Source of the DNA: an uncultured Gemmatimonadales bacterium
GTDB taxonomy: Bacteria; Gemmatimonadota; Gemmatimonadetes; Longimicrobiales; Gaopeijiaceae
Direction: 5' to 3'
DNA: 64,000 nucleotides
NCBI GenBank assembly: GCA_963823035.1
Contig: CAWGKG010000012.1
Coordinates: 448,001-512,000, forward strand
Both the position numbers and the translations under genes were made by a program. Below are positions 19,240 to 29,131 of the stretch, piece by piece. Position 1 is the stretch's first letter. Every line of letters starts with the position of its first letter. A model generated the notes under the pieces. That model saw only the letters and a list, made by a program, of their open reading frames with translations, did not search any database and was not told where the DNA came from.

Positions 19240-19274
19240 AAAAGGGGGCGAGGGGCCTCTCGCCCCTCGCCCCC
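19240..19274 (-). terminator. Intrinsic terminator after the zinc metalloprotease gene
   Basis: 13-bp perfect stem GGGGGCGAGGGGC/GCCCCTCGCCCCC, 5-nt loop, short U-run on minus strand. Confidence 0.7.
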
Positions 19275-19316
19275 ATCCCCTCCCGGACGCCGGTCTCGAT
19301 CAGCGCGCCGACGCGC

Positions 19317-21893
19317 CTACCACCACCAGCGGTCCCAGTCGCAGCTCAGGTCGATCTGCGGCGTGCCGGCGGCGGGCGCGCTCGAGCCGGACCAGGCCCA
19401 GCGGCCGAGCCAATCGAGGCCGGGGTCCCCGATGGGATCGCCTGGCGGCATGGCCGGCGCGTCAGGCGCGGCGACCGGCGCGTGCGGGCGCTCCAGGAAT
19501 CGACCGATCTCCGAGGTGAGCAGGCGGTAGTTCGCCCGGTCGGCAGGCTCGGCGCCATCCGTCGCCTGCGCGAGTTGAACGGCCAACTGCTCGAGCTCGT
19601 ATTGCGCCTCGGCGCGAACCTGCGGCATGGGCGCGGCGCCGGCGAGCGACATCAGCCGATCCACGAAGACCTGTTCGACCGCGCGGTTGACCGCCGCCTC
19701 GTACCCGTCCGCCGGCGACGCCCCGAACGTCGCCTGGCGCACCTGCTCGATGACGTCCATCAGCCCGGGCAGCGACGGATCGAGCGCCTTCTGCTCGACC
19801 ATGCGCGCGCTGCGGGCCGGATCGAAGAGGTATTCGAGCGTGAAGCTCGCCGAGGCGGTGGCCGGGGCCACCGCGTCGAACACCAGGCCTGTCTGGCGGC
19901 GGAAAAGCTCCTGGTGCGGATTGAAGAGGAACGGCCGCGGGGGCAGCTCGGCGAGTACGTCCCGTGGGATCGTCAGCTCGGACGGCCGCAGGGTACGCAG
20001 CAGCGCCTCGACCGCCTGGCGCTGCTCGGCCGCGGGCACCGCGCGGAGCGGTTGCTGTCCGTCGCCGCGGAGCGCGTACGTGTAGTACTGGCCCCCGACC
20101 ACCTTGGACGCCGCCTGTGCCTGGTAGCGGTGGTAGAGGAAGAGGGGGACGAGCGCTTCCTCGATCGTGGCGAGTGGCTCGCCGCGCTTGATGGCCGCCT
20201 CTCCGAAGTGGTCGAGCGCCACGCGGCGAACGTCCATCATGCGCTGGAGCTCCGCCGCGGCGTTCGCGCCGTTGTCCCAGAGGTGGACGTTGGGGTGGGC
20301 GCTCGACGGCGGGCGCGCGTCCTGGTCGGTGATGAAGGTGATGCCGCTGCGGATGCCCTCCTGCAGGATCGCGTCGAGCGCGGCGTCCTCGTCCGTGCCG
20401 GGGGGGAAGTCCGTGTAGCCGTAGCGGATCGTGATCTTGTCCCACGCGCCGATCTCGTTCGCGTAGGAGTCACGCCCGAGGTGGATCTGCCCGTTCTGCA
20501 GCGTGACCACCGGCTGCGGGTAGTCCATCACGGACTGGACGCCATTCGCCTTCTGCGCGCTGGAGAGGTAGTTGTGCGCGAGACCGAGCGTGTGCCCGAT
20601 CTCGTGCGCCGCGAGCTGGCGGATGCGCTGGAGCGCCATCTCGGAGATCGCCGTGGGGTTCTCGTCGCCGTTCGCGTAGGGCGACAAGAGGCCCTCCCCG
20701 ATCAGATAGTCCTGCCGCACGCGCAGCGACCCGAGGGTGACGTGCCCCTTCAGGATCTCGCCCGTGCGCGGGTCGACGATCGAGTTGCCGTAGCTCCACC
20801 CTCGCGTCGAGCGGTGGACCCACTGCACCACGTTGTAGCGCGCGTCCATGGGATCGGCCGTGTCGGGGAGCACTTCCATCCGGAAGGCGTTGATGAACCC
20901 CGCGGCGGTGAACGCCTGGTTCCACATGCGCCCGCCCTCGAGCAGCGCGCTCCGAACCGGCTCGGGCGTGCCGGGATCGAGGTAGTACACGATCGGCTCG
21001 ACCGGCTCGCTGGGCGCCGCGCCGGGGTTCCGTTTCTTGATCCGGTGGCGCGCGATGAAGCGCTGCTCGAGGTCCTGGTCGATCGGCTGGGCGTAGTCCA
21101 TGTACGCGATGCCGCCGTAACCGGATCGAGGGTCGGCCCTGCGCGGCGTATAGCTCCCGTCGAGCGCGGGGAGCTTCACGAAGGAATGATGCTCCCGCAC
21201 CGTGAGCGCCTCCGCGTCGGGCGTGACGCTCCGGACCAGGCCGCCGGGCTGGTCGGAGGTGAAGGTGAGCGTCACCTCGACCTCGGTGTTCTCCGGGAAG
21301 ACCTTCGTGCGCGGCAGATAGAAGGCGCTCCGTGACGCGTCCAGCCGGTAGGTCCCCTGATTGCCGCGCCGCAGCGTCTGGATCACGCCGTGCGCGTCCT
21401 GCAGGAAGAAGTCGGTGGCGTCCACGAGCACCCGATCGCCGGTCACCGCCTCCACCTTGAAGCCCCACAGCACCGAGGTCGGAAAGCCGTCGTCCACCGA
21501 CTTCCGCTCCATGGGCCGGTCGGAGACCGCGCGGTATCTGTAGTTGGGCTCCTGCATGAGCACCTTCGGCCCGACCCGCTCGAACCTCACCACGTGCTCG
21601 CCGCCCAGATCGCCGCGATTCAGCCCGATGTCGTTCTGACCCAGTCCGGCGGGCAGCGAAGGGTAGTACAGGAGCTCCTCGTTCCAGCGGCCGATCTCCA
21701 GCCACATCTTCCCGGCGCTCTCGTCCCAGTAGACCGGGAGGAATCCGTCCATCTTCCGCATCCCTTCGGTCTTCTTCTCGATGGTGGGCGGTGTGGACGT
21801 CGGCTCCTGTGCGACCAGACCCGGTGAGCCGACACGGGTGCAGACCACGAGGAGGAGCAGGAGGAAGAGGCGGGTGACCTTGCTGCGATCCAT
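19317..21893 (-). CDS. Secreted zinc-dependent metalloprotease (Met-zincin, DUF4953/DUF5117-like)
   Basis: Signal peptide, DPRTGEILKG, HEIGHTLGLAH, SVMDY Met-turn. Confidence 0.9.
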   Translation of the reverse strand: MDRSKVTRLFLLLLLVVCTRVGSPGLVAQEPTSTPPTIEKKTEGMRKMDGFLPVYWDESAGKMWLEIGRWNEELLYYPSLPAGLGQNDIGLNRGDLGGEHVVRFERVGPKVLMQEPNYRYRAVSDRPMERKSVDDGFPTSVLWGFKVEAVTGDRVLVDATDFFLQDAHGVIQTLRRGNQGTYRLDASRSAFYLPRTKVFPENTEVEVTLTFTSDQPGGLVRSVTPDAEALTVREHHSFVKLPALDGSYTPRRADPRSGYGGIAYMDYAQPIDQDLEQRFIARHRIKKRNPGAAPSEPVEPIVYYLDPGTPEPVRSALLEGGRMWNQAFTAAGFINAFRMEVLPDTADPMDARYNVVQWVHRSTRGWSYGNSIVDPRTGEILKGHVTLGSLRVRQDYLIGEGLLSPYANGDENPTAISEMALQRIRQLAAHEIGHTLGLAHNYLSSAQKANGVQSVMDYPQPVVTLQNGQIHLGRDSYANEIGAWDKITIRYGYTDFPPGTDEDAALDAILQEGIRSGITFITDQDARPPSSAHPNVHLWDNGANAAAELQRMMDVRRVALDHFGEAAIKRGEPLATIEEALVPLFLYHRYQAQAASKVVGGQYYTYALRGDGQQPLRAVPAAEQRQAVEALLRTLRPSELTIPRDVLAELPPRPFLFNPHQELFRRQTGLVFDAVAPATASASFTLEYLFDPARSARMVEQKALDPSLPGLMDVIEQVRQATFGASPADGYEAAVNRAVEQVFVDRLMSLAGAAPMPQVRAEAQYELEQLAVQLAQATDGAEPADRANYRLLTSEIGRFLERPHAPVAAPDAPAMPPGDPIGDPGLDWLGRWAWSGSSAPAAGTPQIDLSCDWDRWWW

Positions 21894-22016
21894 CGGGCGC
21901 TCCTGGCGGTTCTGGCGAATCCAGCTCTCTCCGCCCGTCGTGGAACGGAGACCGCGCAATGTGACCCGGGCGGGTCCGGATGCGCCAGCGACCGTTCGTG
22001 CCGTCCGGGAATGCGG

Positions 22017-22892
22017 CTACAAGCCGTCCAGCTTGCAGCGCAGGATCGACATCGAGCCGGGTCCCCCGAGCGGCCCGCCCTCCGAGGTCAGGAACACCCG
22101 GCCGTCGAGGCCGATCCCCACGCCCTCGCCCTGGGCCTCGTTGAGCGTGCGCAGGTTCACCAGTCCGCCGTCGACCGGTACGAGCGTGTCCGACCGCACA
22201 TGGTAGAACTGGAGGGACTCGTAGGTGCGGATCGCCGCGAGTTCTCCCCCGGGTGCCACGCTTCCGCCGGTCACCTGGCGGGGGAGGAAGCGCGCGCCGT
22301 CGGAGAGACGCTGTATCTCCTCCAGAACGACGGTGTCCGGCCGGAGCACCCCCGGATACCGGTAGACGGTCACGGGGTCGTTGCGCCCCTTCGTCACCAC
22401 GAGCACGCGCTCGCCGGGAAGGACGAGGAGGGCCTCCGCGTCACGAGGCCCGTCGGGAAATCGCACCGGAAAGACGTCGGTGCGCAGCGTCGACGGCGAC
22501 ACCGGGTCGGGCTCGGCTGTGCGCAGGATTCGGGCGAAGGGCCGCTCTTCGTAGTTGTCTCCGGTATCGGCGAGGTAGAGACAGGATCCGCCGTCGCCGC
22601 AGGTGGACAGGGCCACGTCCTCCCAATCGCGAGTGCCCGGCTGGATGGGGAAGCGCGCGATCACCTGGCCGGCCGCGTCGACCGCGAAGAGGTCGGAGCC
22701 CGCGCCGTCGGCGTGCGTCCAGAGCACGCCGGGGTGGCGAAGGCTCACCGCTACGCCGCTCGATTCCCGGAGGACGTCCGGGAGCCGAGCGGCGGCTCCG
22801 TCGGGTCGGCATCCGGGGCCGCCGGTCGCCAGGGGGCCACAGGCCGCGACGCCGAGGAGAAGGACCGCCGTGCGTCGCGCCGCAGCGTTCAG
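22017..22892 (-). CDS. Hypothetical lipoprotein, probable beta-propeller; start uncertain
   Basis: Lipobox-like VAAC; ESSG...LWTHAD, DWED, LYLADTGDN, DAEAL, QGEG repeats. Confidence 0.7.
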   Translation of the reverse strand: MNAAARRTAVLLLGVAACGPLATGGPGCRPDGAAARLPDVLRESSGVAVSLRHPGVLWTHADGAGSDLFAVDAAGQVIARFPIQPGTRDWEDVALSTCGDGGSCLYLADTGDNYEERPFARILRTAEPDPVSPSTLRTDVFPVRFPDGPRDAEALLVLPGERVLVVTKGRNDPVTVYRYPGVLRPDTVVLEEIQRLSDGARFLPRQVTGGSVAPGGELAAIRTYESLQFYHVRSDTLVPVDGGLVNLRTLNEAQGEGVGIGLDGRVFLTSEGGPLGGPGSMSILRCKLDGL

Positions 22893-23635
22893 CGACCGCT
22901 CCCGCCGCCCGTGGCGTCCGCGTAGACCATGCTCAACACCTGGCGGAACGCGTCCGTGGGCAGCGCACCCTGAAGCGGTGGATAGCCGAGCACGAAGAAG
23001 GTCGGGGTCCCCCGCACGCCGACCTGACGCGCGACGGCCGTGGCCTGCGATATCCGTTCGCCGCGACGGTCCTCGGACAGACAGGAGTCGTAGCGACGCA
23101 GGTCGGCCCCGACACCTCCCGCGAAGTCCCGCAGGATCGGCGCGGGCTCGCCGCTGCCCTTCCACTCCTTCTGCCCGGTCCAGATCTGGTGGTTCATGGC
23201 CTCGAACAGCTCGTCCCCCTGCTCCAACACGCACTCCGCCGCCCGCGTCGCCTCGGTCGAGTTCTTGAACATCCCGGTGATGAAGGGGAGGAACTTCCAC
23301 TGGATCTTCCCGGAGTCCACGAACTCCCCGCGCAGCACCGGCCACGTCTCCTCGTGGAACTTGCGGCAATAGCCGCAGCCGTAGTCCGACATCTCGATGA
23401 CGCGGACCGGCGCGTCGGTGGAGCCGAGATCGAAGCCGAGCGCCGCGATGTCCAGACCGGTGTTGCGGCGGGGTGCCGCGGTTTCCGGCGTAGCGCCCGG
23501 CTCTTCCGCCGCCTCGCGCGCGGAGGCGACGAACTCCTCGGAGGCCGGGTCCCCGGAGGCTTCCGGCGGTGGTGCGTCCGTGCAGGCGGCGACGAGCCAG
23601 CACACGGCGAGCGACCGCGTGAGCGACGACCTCAT
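22889..23635 (-). CDS. DsbA-family thioredoxin-fold lipoprotein
   Basis: LVAAC lipobox, SDYGCGYC, GVRGTPTF. Confidence 0.85.
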   Translation of the reverse strand: MRSSLTRSLAVCWLVAACTDAPPPEASGDPASEEFVASAREAAEEPGATPETAAPRRNTGLDIAALGFDLGSTDAPVRVIEMSDYGCGYCRKFHEETWPVLRGEFVDSGKIQWKFLPFITGMFKNSTEATRAAECVLEQGDELFEAMNHQIWTGQKEWKGSGEPAPILRDFAGGVGADLRRYDSCLSEDRRGERISQATAVARQVGVRGTPTFFVLGYPPLQGALPTDAFRQVLSMVYADATGGGSGR

Positions 23636-24417
23636 GGCATCTCCAGATCGACGAGCTGCCCCAGCCCGGCCAGGAACGCCGACAGGCTGGCGAAGCTCCC
23701 CGTGATCATCATGATCCCGACCAGGGCGAGCACGACGCCGGCTGCCCGCTCGATGGGCACCATCCACCGACGTACCCGCTCCATCCCGGCGAGGAACGCG
23801 TTGAAGGCGGCCGAGGCCACCACGAAGGGAAGTCCGAGACCGGCCGCGTAGACGGCCAGAAGGAGCACGCCGTGCACCCTCGTGGTCTCGAGACTCGCAT
23901 ACAGGAGGATCGACGCGAGGACGGGTCCGATGCAAGGCGTCCACCCCGCGCCGAAGGCCACGCCGACCAGAAAGGAGCCGATCGCGCCGGCCGGCCGGGT
24001 GGCCACGTGCACGCGACGCTCCCGCGCCAGGGCGGGTAGCCGCAGAAGGCCCATGAGGTGCAGGGCGAAGACGATCAGGATCGCCCCGCCCACGCGGCTC
24101 ATCCACGGCAGGGCGTGCGCGAGGGTCTGTCCGGCGGTCGTGGCGGCCCATCCGAGCGTCATGAAGACCACCGTGAAGCCCGCGACGAACAGGAGGGAAT
24201 GCACGAGCGCGGCGCGCCGAGCCGATGAGGCCGATCCGTCGCGCAGCTCCTCGAGCGTGAGCCCGGAGACGAAGGCGAGGGAGCTCGGCACCACCGGGAG
24301 GACGCACGGCGACAGGAAGGAGACGAGGCCGGCCAGGAAGGCCAGCGGGAGCGAGACGTGATCTCCATCAGTCGCGTGGGGCCGGTCGACTGCCGGCGGG
24401 TGAGCGGCAGGCGTCAA
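23632..24417 (-). CDS. ccdA: Cytochrome c biogenesis / disulfide transporter CcdA (start uncertain, about 24368)
   Basis: SFLSPCVLP and GWTPCIGP motifs, six TM helices. Confidence 0.9.
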   Translation of the reverse strand: MTPAAHPPAVDRPHATDGDHVSLPLAFLAGLVSFLSPCVLPVVPSSLAFVSGLTLEELRDGSASSARRAALVHSLLFVAGFTVVFMTLGWAATTAGQTLAHALPWMSRVGGAILIVFALHLMGLLRLPALARERRVHVATRPAGAIGSFLVGVAFGAGWTPCIGPVLASILLYASLETTRVHGVLLLAVYAAGLGLPFVVASAAFNAFLAGMERVRRWMVPIERAAGVVLALVGIMMITGSFASLSAFLAGLGQLVDLEMP

Positions 24418-25273
24418 AGGGTGAAGTCGGTGAGGAGGCGCTTCTCCTCCTCACCGAGCCGCACGCGGATCTCGACGATGCGGCTCGAGCCCGCTTCCGC
24501 GCAGCTTCTCGCGCAGGAGCTGGTCGAGCTGGAAGAGGCCCGCGGAGTTCGACATGTCGACGATCACGTCGATGGCGCGTGCTCTCCCCGCGCTCCAGGT
24601 GGACCGCCTCGATGGCCGCGGCGGACACCGAGTGGATCGAGAGCGAGCCGGAGGAGAAGGGGATGCGCGAGCGGCCCTTCGCCATGTCGAGCGCGTCGGC
24701 GATGCGCACGACGCCCGCCTCGATCGTGAGCGGGTCGGCCGCCGGAGCGGTGCGAGATGATCGCGTGCAGCACCTCGGCCCGGACGATCGTCGCCTCGCC
24801 GCGGCGTCGTAGATCTGCGGGAGGATGCCGCGGAGCTTGTCCTGCGCGACGAAGAGGGAGTACGCCTCGTGATCCGCCCGATGGATCGACATCCCGAGGT
24901 CGTGGAGGAGCGCGGCCAGAGCCACGATCACCTCGGCGTCCTCGTTCGCCATCGCGTAGTGCGTCACCACGGACGGCTCGACCCCCGCGTCGACGAGGAG
25001 GCGGAGCATCCGCACCGCCATGTTCATCACGATCTTCACGTGCACGGGACCGTGGTCGGTCATCCCGAGCCGTTCCATCGCGTTCACGTTTGCCGCGATC
25101 CACAGCCCGTAGAGGTCCTCGTCGGCGTTCACCAGGTCCATCAGCCGGTGGAGCTTCGGGTTGTGGCGATCCGGCACCGTCATGACGATGCGTCGGTCGA
25201 ACCGCTCGTTCACCCCCCGCTCGGGCCCGCCCGGATCGGCGTAGACCTCGGCGTCGAATCGATCCTCGCTCAC
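24414..25273 (-). CDS. HD-domain phosphohydrolase (several frameshifts 24480-24800)
   Basis: TDHGPVH, ALLHDLG, IISH, ADALDMAKGRSR. Confidence 0.8.
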
Positions 25274-26469
25274 AGCGCCTCCTCCCAGTCGACGACCTTC
25301 TCGGCCGCCCTCGACGACGACCACCGTGCCCACGATGCGGTCGTGGATGGCCTGGCGGTTCGCGTCCCAGAAGACCTGGGCGAATCCGAGCAGTCCCGTC
25401 GCGAAGCCCGCGGCGTAGCCACCGGCGCGCTCGAAGGCCGTCCACCAGGTGATGGGCTCACCGTCGAGGCGGAGCACCCGGACCTTCATGATGCGCTTGC
25501 CGACCGTCTGCCCCTTCCACCAGGAGAGCATGACGGTCAGATAGAGCGACGCCCACCCGAAGCCGAAGCCGAGCTCGTCGACGATGCTGCGCAGCCACGC
25601 GAAGAAGCCACTGCCGTCCTTCGATTTGGCCAGTGCGGTGCGCAGCGCCCGGAGCCTGCTGGTCGCTCCGCAGCAGCTCGGTCTCCAACTCCTCGACGCG
25701 TCCGTTCAATACCCCGAGCGTGTCCGCGGCCACGGAGTCGAGGAGGGCGAGCCGTGGATCGGGCTCCCCTTCGTCTTCCGGGGCGGCCGAGTCCGCGGGC
25801 TGCTCCTCCACGTCGGCCGCGGCCATCGCACCCCGCACGACTTCGTCCACCTGGTCGGACCAGGACGTGTTCTCGGGCGCGAGGTCATGGAGCGCGCCGC
25901 GGATCTCCGACGAGGTCTGGCCGATCCCGCGGAGCTGGCCGGCCAGGGCGGCGCCCGCTTCGCACGGCTTCCTCCGCGTCCGCGGCCGTGCGGTAGTCCT
26001 GCACGCGGCCGACGCCGGAGAGCAAATCGGCGAGCCCGGCGCGGCCGGAGACCGTGATCCCCGACGTCCTCGAGGGCGTCCCGCGTCAGCGTCCTTCGGG
26101 TCGGAGGCAGGACCCGCCGAAGCCCTGGATGCCCACGGCCACCCAGACGATCGCCGTGATCACGCCGATGAACAGGCCCATGCAGCCGAGGGAAAGGCGC
26201 ATGGCCCGCCCGAAAGCCGAGCCGGGGACTTCGGTGCGCTTCAGGCTGACGCGGATGAAGAACGACCGCCGCCACCACGCCGAGCACCAGCGCGAAGCTC
26301 TTCGTGACCGAGCGTGAGGACGCCGATGACCGCGAGGTCGATGAGGATGGCCCAGAAGCGACTCATCGGCGTCGCCAGCGGCATCCCGAGCAGCGCGGTC
26401 GGAGACCTCGAACGCGTCCGGGGTGATGATGCTGCGGGGGTCGCGCGGGTGCGCGGAGTGCACGGCCAT
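25270..26469 (-). CDS. RDD family membrane protein (multiply frameshifted)
   Basis: SIITPDAF..RRFWAILID, GQTVGKRIMKVRV, WDANRQAIHDRIVGTVVV. Confidence 0.75.
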
Positions 26470-26495
26470 GGTGGATCGACTGCCGGTGCCGGACC

Positions 26496-26923
26496 TCAGC
26501 GACGCCTCGACCAGAGCACCCAGGCCAGGCCGGCTGCGGCGCCGAGCATGGCGCCCACCGAGGATCACCCGCTTCCGCCCGGGGTCCTCGTCGGGCAGCG
26601 ACGGTCGCGTCGGCTTCGACGTCGTCCACGCCCCCGGGGAGCACGACGGACGCGTCTCCGACGCCGAGCTCCGCCTCCTCCACGTCACCTTCCCACGCGC
26701 AGTGCGGGCAAGCGAGTATCGCGCGCTCGCGTGCCGTCCGGTTCGCGTAGACGAGCTCCTGGGAACAGGCGGGACAGAGAACGGCGGCGGGCTCGGGACG
26801 GATCAGCTCGTAGAGCATTCCCTTGGACACGTCCATCGCGTCGGCGATCTGGTTCACGCTGAGCTCCGAGCCCCAGTAGAGCTCGTTGGCCCGCTTCTCC
26901 CTTTCGCGCTGGACGCCGGTCAT
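26496..26923 (-). CDS. Hypothetical protein: HTH-like N-terminus, CxxC/CxxC zinc ribbon, C-terminal TM anchor (frameshifted)
   Basis: SVNQIADAMDVSKGMLYELI, CPAC, CPHC, ends GLAWVLWSRRR in a shifted frame. Confidence 0.6.
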
Positions 26924-27035
26924 GGCACGCCTACCCCTGTTCACTTGACCCCCTTCTGGCCGTTGGACAACATAGCTGTCCCATACCCGTCCCGCACAGC
27001 CGAGGGGGGCGGCGCCCCCTCTCGCGAGCCATCCG

Positions 27036-27677
27036 GTGAAGATCCCCGTAGCGCACGGCTGGCTGGAAGCCGCCCTCAAGGAGCCGGACGATGACCCCCG
27101 GGGCGCGGCCGTCGTGTGCCACCCCCATCCCATCCACGGCGGCACGATGCACACCAAGGCCGTCTACCGGGCGGGCCAGGGTCTCAACGAGGCCGGCCTG
27201 GTTGCCCTGCGCTTCAACTTCCGGGGCGTGGGCACGAGCACGGGGAGCCACGACGGGGGCATCGGCGAGAAGGACGACGTGCGCGCCGCGCTCGACTGGC
27301 TCGAGAGCCGCTACCCTTCCCTCCCGCTCGTGCTCGGCGGCTTCTCCTTCGGCTCGATGGTGGCGCTCAGCGTCGGCGCGGAGGACGACCGCGTGGTCGG
27401 GCTGCTGGGCCTGGGGCTCCCCGTCGAGCAGCGGGACTACGACTTCGGCTTCCTCGCCGACGTGGATCGTCCGGTGCTGGTGGTCCAGGGCGAGCACGAC
27501 GAGTTCGGATCCGCTGCCGCCGTGGCGGACTACCTGCGGCGCCTGGGTCCGCACATCACCTTCGTGCGCATCGCCGGGGCCGACCACTTCTTCACCGATC
27601 GGCTGGACGAGCTTCGCGAGGCGGTCCGGGGGTACTACGCGTCCGGCCCCGGGTCGCGTCTACTCGCCACCATCTGA
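27036..27677 (+). CDS. Alpha/beta hydrolase
   Basis: CHPHPIHGGTM, RFNFRGVG, GFSFG nucleophile motif, GADHFF. Confidence 0.9.
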   Translation: MKIPVAHGWLEAALKEPDDDPRGAAVVCHPHPIHGGTMHTKAVYRAGQGLNEAGLVALRFNFRGVGTSTGSHDGGIGEKDDVRAALDWLESRYPSLPLVLGGFSFGSMVALSVGAEDDRVVGLLGLGLPVEQRDYDFGFLADVDRPVLVVQGEHDEFGSAAAVADYLRRLGPHITFVRIAGADHFFTDRLDELREAVRGYYASGPGSRLLATI

Positions 27678-27690
27678 ACGGAGGAATCGC

Positions 27691-27960
27691 ATGCGCCAGC
27701 GCGAGCGCGTGCTCCAGAGCCTCGAGAGCGTCTACAGGGATGCCTTCGAGGGTGCGAAGGAGCGGGAAGACCGAACGGAGATGGCGCGTCTCGATCTGGA
27801 GTATCAGCGGGACCAGCTCCAACTCGAGCTGCTGCTCGACATCCGCGAGCTGTTGTCCGCTCCGGCCGCCGCGGCGGAGGTGAAGGAGAGTGGAACGTCC
27901 ATCCTCGAGAAGGCGCAGACGTTGCGAAGACTGACGAAGCTCCCCAAGGGCCTCCGGTGA
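27691..27960 (+). CDS. Hypothetical helical protein (89 aa)
   Basis: GGAGG RBS, ATG 27691, GTGA overlap with next gene. Confidence 0.7.
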   Translation: MRQRERVLQSLESVYRDAFEGAKEREDRTEMARLDLEYQRDQLQLELLLDIRELLSAPAAAAEVKESGTSILEKAQTLRRLTKLPKGLR

Positions 27961-28523
27961 AGATCTACACGCGCACGGGTGACGGCGGCGAGACCGCACT
28001 CTTCGGCGGGGGACGCGTCGCGAAGGATCATCCCCGGGTGGCCGCCTACGGGACGGTGGACGAGCTGAACGCCTGCCTGGGGTGGGCCGTCGCGGTCGCC
28101 GAGGTGGCCGACGTGCGGGAGCGCCTCGGACGCATCCAGCACGACCTCTTCGCCATCGGCTCGCTGCTCGCCACGCCCCCGCCCGCGGAGGGACGGCCCA
28201 CGCCCAAGGGGCTTCCCGACCCGCCGGTCTCGCGCGTGCCGGATATGGAGGCCTGGATGGACGAAGCCGAGGGGCGGCTCCCCCCGCTGCGGGCGTTCGT
28301 CCTCCCGGGAGGGTCACGGGGTGCGGCCGCGCTCCACCTCGCCCGCACGGTGTGTCGTCGCGCCGAGCGCGCGGTCGTCCATCTCGCTTCCCGCGAGGTG
28401 GTGGACGAGTGGGCGCTGACGTATCTGAACCGCCTGTCGGACCTACTCTTCACCTTCGCGCGCCTCGAGAACCTCGAGGCGGGAGAGGGGGACGTGGAAT
28501 GGCGAAAGACGCCGGGGGCTTGA
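27957..28523 (+). CDS. pduO: PduO-type ATP:cob(I)alamin adenosyltransferase
   Basis: KIYTRTGDGGET, AYGTVDELN, RTVCRRAER, YLNRLSDLLF. Confidence 0.92.
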   Translation: MKIYTRTGDGGETALFGGGRVAKDHPRVAAYGTVDELNACLGWAVAVAEVADVRERLGRIQHDLFAIGSLLATPPPAEGRPTPKGLPDPPVSRVPDMEAWMDEAEGRLPPLRAFVLPGGSRGAAALHLARTVCRRAERAVVHLASREVVDEWALTYLNRLSDLLFTFARLENLEAGEGDVEWRKTPGA

Positions 28524-29131
28524 GCGAGGGGAACCGCGGCACCGCGATGGCCACGAGCGTCGCGATCGCGGCGCGCTCCTTCGGTCTCCGTCCGGACGGC
28601 GTCGCCCTCGTGGGTCGGGCCCACGCGCTGGCCATGCGGCCGCGCGTTCGCGCGCTGCACGACGACCACCACCCGCTCTACCTCCATCCCGGCCGGGTCG
28701 TCCTCGTCCTGCTCCGCGACGCCCGTGTGACGGACCCGACCGTTTTGGCAGCAGCGGCCGTCACCGAAAGCGAGGACGTCGACTTCCGCATCGCACCGGA
28801 CGAGGTGCGCACGACCGTGGGGGACGCGGTGGCCGAGCTGGTCGGGCGGGTGCCCATGCCGCGCACGGACACGCTCGCGGAGGTGCTCGTCACGGCCGAC
28901 CAGGACGCTCGGCTCGTCGCGCTGGCGGAGCGCCTCGATCACGCGCGTCACGCCCACCTTCGCGAGGCGGACGAGGCATGGATGCGCGGGCTCCACGAAG
29001 AGATCGGCGCCGTGTATCTCCCGGTCGCCGAGCGCACGCATCCCGTGCTGGCCCAGCGCTATCGGCACTGGTGGCGCGTCTTCGGGAGGCGTCTGGAGAG
29101 GGTGACCCGCGCTCAGCGGTTGTGCGTGTAG
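28520..29131 (+). CDS. Degenerate RelA/SpoT-type HD-domain protein
   Basis: RAHALA, PLYLHPGRV, VLAAAAVTESED, VALAERLDH, YLPVAER resemble RSH hydrolase motifs but lack the HD dyad. Confidence 0.6.
   Translation: MSEGNRGTAMATSVAIAARSFGLRPDGVALVGRAHALAMRPRVRALHDDHHPLYLHPGRVVLVLLRDARVTDPTVLAAAAVTESEDVDFRIAPDEVRTTVGDAVAELVGRVPMPRTDTLAEVLVTADQDARLVALAERLDHARHAHLREADEAWMRGLHEEIGAVYLPVAERTHPVLAQRYRHWWRVFGRRLERVTRAQRLCV

Noticed and set aside
24368..25531. Apparent RDD-HD domain fusion
   Set aside because: Caused by a frameshift near 25310; RDD ends KVVDWEEAL-stop at 25270 with a GTGA overlap to the HD gene
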